Assembly (NCBI RefSeq): GCF_001194135.2 | Contig: NC_068989.1 | Coordinates: forward strand, 29,433,873 to 29,481,798 | Source of the DNA: Octopus bimaculoides | Taxonomy: Eukaryota | Reading direction: 5' to 3' | Length of the DNA stretch: 47,926 bases | Translations under genes and position numbers: made by a program | The notes under the pieces: model-generated | Told to the model about the DNA's origin: nothing | Databases searched by the model: none | What the model saw: the letters and a program-made list of their open reading frames with translations, nothing else | Shown: positions 46,501 to 47,926 of the stretch, one piece after another | Layout: every line of letters begins with the position of its first letter | How positions within the stretch are numbered: position 1 is the stretch's first letter

Positions 46501-46824
46501 GGTGCCCGAGAAATTCAGAATTTAAGTGTTGCTAAACTTTTCTGCTGCCAAGTTGGGATAACTAGAATAAAAATTACTAAATGGATGTAAATAACCTTAT
46601 TAAAATATAAACTATAAGTAGGCTTTCAGGTTAAATGCATTAACCATATATACATTTGCACAATGTAAATAAAGCAAAACGAGAAATCGTTTTTAAAGTA
46701 TCAGCAATGTACAATATAAATAGTTTAATGAGAGAAAAAAAGACGTATATAATGTTAAAAAGAATATATATTTACTTTGATTGCCACATTGGCCTAGTTG
46801 TAATGTGATCATTTCACGAGGCAT
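1777..46824 (-). CDS. TUBG1: Gamma-tubulin gene, 10 coding exons (codons 1-332), 3'-partial because the last exons lie off the left edge
   Basis: The spliced translation is continuous and stop-free: [73 protein letters not shown]...[15 protein letters not shown]...[13 protein letters not shown]...[27 protein letters not shown]...[11 protein letters not shown]. These are gamma-specific tubulin motifs. All nine internal introns are GT-AG with compatible phases. Confidence 0.98.
2700..4340 (+). mobile_element. Degenerate Ty3/Gypsy (Mag-like) LTR retrotransposon A: Zn-knuckle, protease, RT and RNase H remnants
   Basis: CYCCGK knuckle near 2745; protease-like [11 protein letters not shown]; RT with DLSHAYWQI and YQDDI in ORF 3287..4024; RNase H with TTDAS and FAIVWAI. 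Many stops and frameshifts. It is cut off at 4340 by a second element. Confidence 0.9.
4341..4587 (+). repeat. 5' LTR of Gypsy element B (about 247 bp)
   Basis: Starts TGTTG, ends GGATATAACA and contains TATAAATA. It is followed 2 nt later by TGGCGAC, and its ends resemble the LTRs at 36021-36232 and 37980-38112. Confidence 0.8.
4590..4602 (+). other. Primer binding site, probably for tRNA-Ser(GCU)
   Basis: TGGCGACAAGGAT sits just after the LTR and is a near-complement (one mismatch) of the 3' end ...AUCCUCGUCGCCA that I recall for metazoan tRNA-Ser(GCU). Confidence 0.7.
7686..9907 (+). mobile_element. 5'-truncated RTE LINE (RT to 3' UTR, (GAT)n tail) abutting the broken integrase of Gypsy B
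   Basis: [48 protein letters not shown] and [17 protein letters not shown]; ends GACGTTAAAC(GAT)n. Confidence 0.92.
11180..11355 (+). mobile_element. Old RTE endonuclease fragment
   Basis: Translates with indels to AADFNGDV...GF...[22 protein letters not shown]...NFRKPA, an APE GDFN motif region. Confidence 0.65.
11615..12060 (+). repeat. Two degenerate copies of the RTE-associated 3' tail module (SINE-like)
   Basis: GGAAAGGGCATCCA...CCAACCCATGCCAGCATGGA...GTTAAA-GATGAT matches 9770-9907. Confidence 0.65.
12262..12772 (+). mobile_element. Internally deleted mariner transposon
   Basis: Imperfect TIRs GTGCATTCCAGAA / TTCTGGAATGCAC with TA flanks. The transposase C-terminus reads [25 protein letters not shown] (mariner HPPYSPDLAPCDF motif). 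Confidence 0.85.
12843..12992 (-). CDS. TUBG1: Gamma-tubulin exon 9 (150 nt): [50 protein letters not shown]
   Basis: Acceptor ttgcag, donor gtaatg; lies within track ORF 12768..13058. Confidence 0.97.
13475..14961 (+). mobile_element. Non-autonomous piggyBac-type element (spans an N-gap)
   Basis: TTAA|CCCTTTCGTTACCAAA...TTTGCTAACGAAAGGG|TTAA. An acidic start [18 protein letters not shown] precedes the gap. Confidence 0.88.
13812..14630. other. Assembly gap; other gaps at 19142-19241, 20830-21328, 24564-24907 and 33570-33579
   Basis: Runs of N. Confidence 1.
15330..16430 (+). mobile_element. Highly decayed RTE-like LINE RT/C-terminal relic
   Basis: [20 protein letters not shown]...IIQQLY resembles the RT DF.KAFDS region; downstream pieces resemble the RTE C-terminus. 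Many stops. Confidence 0.55.
16636..16722 (-). CDS. TUBG1: Gamma-tubulin exon 8 (87 nt): [29 protein letters not shown]
   Basis: Acceptor ttttacag, donor gtgagt. Confidence 0.97.
17504..17630 (-). CDS. TUBG1: Gamma-tubulin exon 7 (127 nt): (R)[42 protein letters not shown]
   Basis: Acceptor tttgcag, donor gtaagc; contains the VVQPYNS motif. Confidence 0.97.
17826..18024 (+). repeat. About 200-bp TTAA-type MITE, copy 1
   Basis: Ends AATGCTAAAGGT|TTAA and aligns by eye with the reverse complement of 18177-18373. Confidence 0.75.
18177..18373 (-). repeat. About 200-bp TTAA-type MITE, copy 2 (inverted relative to copy 1)
   Basis: Reverse complement shares TGGCCATATCC, CAACCCTACAATATCATT and AGCTACAAGATAATGCATG with copy 1. 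Confidence 0.75.
18390..19141 (-). mobile_element. RTE LINE 3' end with a tandemly duplicated 3' UTR; 5' side lost in an N-gap
   Basis: [15 protein letters not shown]...[11 protein letters not shown]...[13 protein letters not shown]...[10 protein letters not shown]. Closely similar to 38677-39140. Confidence 0.92.
19242..19570 (+). mobile_element. tRNA-derived SINE (degenerate)
   Basis: A/B-box-like head GTGGCTGTGTTG...GGGTTCAGTCCC; body CCAAAGCCTTGTGA; tail GATAGAATAAGTAC. Same family as 40343-40815. Confidence 0.75.
19610..23580 (+). mobile_element. Apparently full-length BovB-like RTE LINE (APE, RT, C-terminal C2H2-like motif), inactivated, with a 10-bp TSD
   Basis: [13 protein letters not shown]...DIAALGETR...AGVGFAV; [12 protein letters not shown]; [10 protein letters not shown]; IDLTKAFD; LLFADD; [34 protein letters not shown] at 19600-19609 and 23581-23590. 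Several stops and frameshifts; N-gap at 20830-21328. Confidence 0.92.
23683..25313 (+). mobile_element. Non-autonomous Helitron-like element (spans an N-gap)
   Basis: 5' A|TCTATAATATAAAA; 3' small hairpin GGCAATGCC then CTAG|T. Internal GGGGCCTTAACTCCCA-like repeats near 24053, 24286 and 25021. Confidence 0.7.
25780..26223 (+). repeat. Stand-alone RTE-type 3' module with tandem subunits of about 65-70 bp and a (GAT)n tail
   Basis: Four copies of a GTGGCAC(G/A)TAAAAA(G)CA-like core, then GGTGTTAGGAAGGGCATCCAGCTGTAG...GACGTTAAACGATGATGAT. Confidence 0.8.
27060..27600 (-). mobile_element. 3' end of a CR1/L2/Crack-clade LINE ORF2
   Basis: Minus frames give [24 protein letters not shown] and [10 protein letters not shown], then [24 protein letters not shown], typical of a CR1-group C-terminus. 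Confidence 0.7.
27620..27925 (+). mobile_element. Helentron-associated (HINE/DINE-like) element fragment; a matching 3' end lies at 26890-26945
   Basis: AAGTTTCATCAAATACCG...GTTTTTGAGTTA...GGACAGACGAACAAACC...GAAAACAT. The separate piece ends AAAACATAACCTCCTTGGTCGGGGTAAAA. Confidence 0.5.
28982..29061 (-). CDS. TUBG1: Gamma-tubulin exon 6 (80 nt): [26 protein letters not shown](R)
   Basis: Contains the tubulin signature GGGTGSG-type loop (AGGTGSG); acceptor gtttcag, donor gtaatt. Confidence 0.97.
29230..29830 (-). mobile_element. Tc1/mariner-superfamily (DDxD-like) transposase C-terminal relic
   Basis: QQDLAPC...[21 protein letters not shown], a degenerate QQDxAP and WPPNSPDLNPLDY; track ORF 29270..29527. 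Confidence 0.8.
30215..30400 (-). repeat. RTE-type 3' tail module (degenerate)
   Basis: Starts (CAT)n TTTAAAATCCAT...CATGCTGGCATGG, the reverse complement of the shared tail. Confidence 0.7.
30830..31217 (-). mobile_element. RTE fragment (endonuclease C-terminus/linker), inverted against the adjacent RT fragment
   Basis: Minus frames give [12 protein letters not shown] and [18 protein letters not shown]. Confidence 0.7.
31218..31990 (+). mobile_element. RTE RT/C-terminal fragment
   Basis: [34 protein letters not shown] and ERNEACML. Confidence 0.85.
32180..33270 (-). mobile_element. RTE linker/RT fragment interrupted by a hAT element
   Basis: [24 protein letters not shown]...[12 protein letters not shown] at 32180-32421. 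The matching upstream part is at 32878-33270. Confidence 0.75.
32422..32877 (-). mobile_element. Non-autonomous hAT (Charlie/Buster-type) transposon, 456 bp
   Basis: 16-bp TIR CAGTGGTTCCCAAACT / AGTTTGGGAACCACTG; 8-bp TSD TCCTAGAC / TACTAGAC (7/8, central TA). Dimerization-domain remnant [47 protein letters not shown]...QAHPSH. Confidence 0.92.
33361..33760 (-). repeat. RTE-type 3' tail module (contains a 10-N gap)
   Basis: (CAT)n TTTAACGTCC...CAGCTGGATGCCCTTCCTAAC. Confidence 0.75.
33888..33923. repeat. (AG)n microsatellite
   Basis: Uninterrupted AG run. Confidence 0.95.
33990..34250 (+). repeat. RTE-type 3' tail module (degenerate)
   Basis: GGTGCCATGTAAAAAGCA...GTTAGGAAGAGTATCCAGC...CCAACCCAT...GTTAAATGATGA. 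Confidence 0.7.
34424..34828 (+). mobile_element. Short, older copy of the piggyBac-type family at 13475-14961
   Basis: 34520-34830 aligns with 14660-14965 (ATTGAATATTAGCTAATAA, AAAAATCACATTAAT, TAATTGAAACACATAA) and ends AAAGGG|TTAA; 5' TTAG|CCCTGTTTTACC. Confidence 0.75.
34952..35020 (-). CDS. TUBG1: Gamma-tubulin exon 5 (69 nt): [23 protein letters not shown]
   Basis: Acceptor tttttag, donor gtaagt. Confidence 0.97.
36021..38112 (-). mobile_element. Internally deleted Gypsy (Mag-clade) element C with a partial 5' LTR, PPT and 3' LTR
   Basis: [11 protein letters not shown]...[11 protein letters not shown]...PYLDDILI; integrase remnants [15 protein letters not shown] and [24 protein letters not shown] at 36243-36233, 3' LTR at 36232-36021. 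The 5' LTR starts TGTTG at 38112 and shares CTCATTGTTATAAATTAAAGAAC with the 3' LTR. Confidence 0.88.
38116..39820 (-). mobile_element. 5'-truncated, well-preserved RTE LINE with a long 3' UTR and (GAC/GAT)n tail
   Basis: ORFs 39358..39816 ([30 protein letters not shown]) and 38677..38994 (...REKTRQAK*); tail module at 38116-38640. Confidence 0.93.
40070..40237 (-). CDS. TUBG1: Gamma-tubulin exon 4 (168 nt): [19 protein letters not shown]...[14 protein letters not shown]
   Basis: Acceptor ctactag, donor gtatac; contains the tubulin motifs [10 protein letters not shown] and GAGNNWA. Confidence 0.97.
40343..40815 (+). mobile_element. tRNA-derived SINE with an internal (TA)n tract and a nested RTE-tail fragment (40521-40580)
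   Basis: Head GGCGTGGCTATGTGGTAA; body GGCAAGTGTCTTCTACTATAGCC...GAAACTGAAAGAAGCCC; tail AAGTACTGGGGTCAAT...TGAAACAAGTAAA. The B-box region is deleted relative to the 19242 copy. Confidence 0.82.
41323..41384 (-). CDS. TUBG1: Gamma-tubulin exon 3 (62 nt): (E)[20 protein letters not shown]
   Basis: Acceptor ttgcag, donor gtaagt; lies within track ORF 41311..41502. Confidence 0.97.
43712..43762 (-). CDS. TUBG1: Gamma-tubulin exon 2 (51 nt): (I)[16 protein letters not shown](E)
   Basis: Acceptor ctcctcag, donor gtattg; phases 1/1 fit the neighbouring exons. Confidence 0.96.
43989..44270. mobile_element. MITE-like palindromic element in intron 1
   Basis: ACACTCAGACATGTGAAGA (43999-44017) is the perfect inverse of 44242-44260. 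Inner inverted pairs are CATTGGGTTGT / ACAACCCAATG and AGAAAATTCTC / GAGAATTTTCT. Confidence 0.7.
46097..46184. repeat. Hairpin mini-element with a perfect 22-bp stem and telomere-like loop
   Basis: GGTAAAGAATACGCACACCACC (46097-46118) / GGTGGTGTGCGTATTCTTTACC (46163-46184); loop GGTTAGGGTTAGGTTCAGGGTTA. Confidence 0.85.
46776..46824 (-). CDS. TUBG1: Gamma-tubulin exon 1 (49 nt coding): [16 protein letters not shown](I)
   Basis: ATG at 46824-46822; donor GTAAAT follows; phase 1. Confidence 0.97.
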
Positions 46825-47100
46825 CTTAACTAGATGCGATGATGAGGCACGAAAAATGTATTGACGATCTCTTCGGAAATGGCGGCAAATTTCGGGTTGA
46901 AGATTTAACGTAAATCGCGAATAAGGTCAAAATGTTTGGAAATGAAGAAAAAGTGTGTGAGAATATAGTACAAGATGTAAATCATATATTATGTATTTCC
47001 AAATTTTTTCGGTTATCCCTAAGGTTACCATCTGAAACAATTATTTTTCAAAATAAAACAAAAACCCGCCCGGAACATTGCGCATGCTTAGACGACTGCT
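46825..47100. promoter_or_regulatory. Probable gamma-tubulin promoter/5' UTR (locally CpG-rich)
   Basis: Directly upstream of the ATG. YY1-like AAATGGCGGC (46877-46886), GC-box CCCGCCC and ETS-like CCGGAA (about 47065-47075), NRF1-like TGCGCATGC (47079-47087). These are motif matches only. Confidence 0.55.
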
Positions 47101-47319
47101 GACTTGCGAAAATATGTGGCACTTTTTACAATTTTAATTTTTTCGAAATTCTTTTTTCTAAATAATATTCAAATAAATCATTAGAAATGTTGGTTAATGG
47201 GATCCTTCTGATTTGGCGGACACCATTTTTTATTTAATGTGTTTTCTACAGAAACACTTTAAAACTTCGTATACTTGCATATTTTGTCTTATAGAACAGA
47301 TAAAAAATTTTATAAACGC

Positions 47320-47926
47320 AGTTATTTCATGCTAGAAGTTTTCGTATTTCGGTAATTTCAACCAATCACTGACGTTTATTGAGGTGAAAACAATTACTAC
47401 TGTGGATTGTCAACAACACGTTGTGACGGTGTAATGGGATCTTTTCCCTTGAATAAAATTAGTGCCGTTGTTTGTCAACAACAACTATCGGCGGTACTGT
47501 TATTTATGACATCGTTCGTGCGTTTGTACTGGTTTTGGTTTTAGGGTTAGGGTTAGGGTTTTAGAGTTAGGGTTAGGGCTATGAGTATTTTTGCCAAATT
47601 TGGTGAAAAATTTGCGGCGGTGTATTGAACAGATTTTCACCACATTTGGCAAAAATACTCATAACCCTAACTCTAAAACCTGAACACTAACCCTAAAACC
47701 CTAAAGCTAAAACCAGTACAAACGCACAAACGATGTCATAAATAACAGTACCGCCGATAGTTGTTGTTGACAAACAACGGCACTAATTTTATTCAAGGGA
47801 AAAGATCCCATTACACCGCCACAACATGTTGTTTACAATCCACAGCAGTAATTGTTTTCACCTCAATAGCCGTCAGTGATTAGTTGAAATTACAGAAAAC
47901 ACGACAATTTTAACACGAAATAACTT
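47320..47926. mobile_element. Foldback/MITE with inverted arms of about 290 bp containing internal telomeric repeats; probably extends beyond the window
   Basis: 47320-47610 is the reverse complement of about 47634-47925. (TTAGGG)n at 47541-47578 and (CCCTAA)-like at about 47662-47703; the central spacer is about 25 nt. Confidence 0.9.

Noticed and set aside
47541-47703. TTAGGG/CCCTAA tracts as a real telomere or a chromosome fusion site
   Set aside because: The tracts are short, degenerate, separated by non-telomeric sequence and embedded in longer inverted arms, so they belong to a foldback element.

Overview
This is AT-rich eukaryotic (animal) draft-assembly DNA with five N-gaps. The repeat landscape (RTE LINEs with (GAT)n tails, tRNA-derived SINEs, TTAA MITEs) resembles cephalopod/Octopus DNA, but that is an inference. 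The whole window is one minus-strand gamma-tubulin gene. I located 10 coding exons by hand: 46824-46776, 43762-43712, 41384-41323, 40237-40070, 35020-34952, 29061-28982, 17630-17504, 16722-16636, 12992-12843 and 1929-1777. All introns are GT-AG, and the exons give 996 nt = codons 1-332 ([16 protein letters not shown]...GEVDPTQ). The C-terminal exons lie beyond the left edge. The 0.8-11 kb introns hold three Mag-clade Gypsy LTR elements, many RTE LINE pieces (one full-length BovB-like copy with a 10-bp TSD), a CR1-clade 3' end, SINEs, piggyBac/mariner/hAT relics and a Helitron-like element. The promoter end carries two inverted-repeat elements containing TTAGGG repeats. No complete novel system is demonstrable. 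The best leads are an in-frame splice acceptor that could join tubulin exon 10 to an RTE endonuclease, the telomere-repeat foldbacks at the promoter, the full-length BovB-like RTE with a structured 5' UTR, twin-priming-like RTE inversions, and intronic dsRNA or pre-miRNA-like hairpins.
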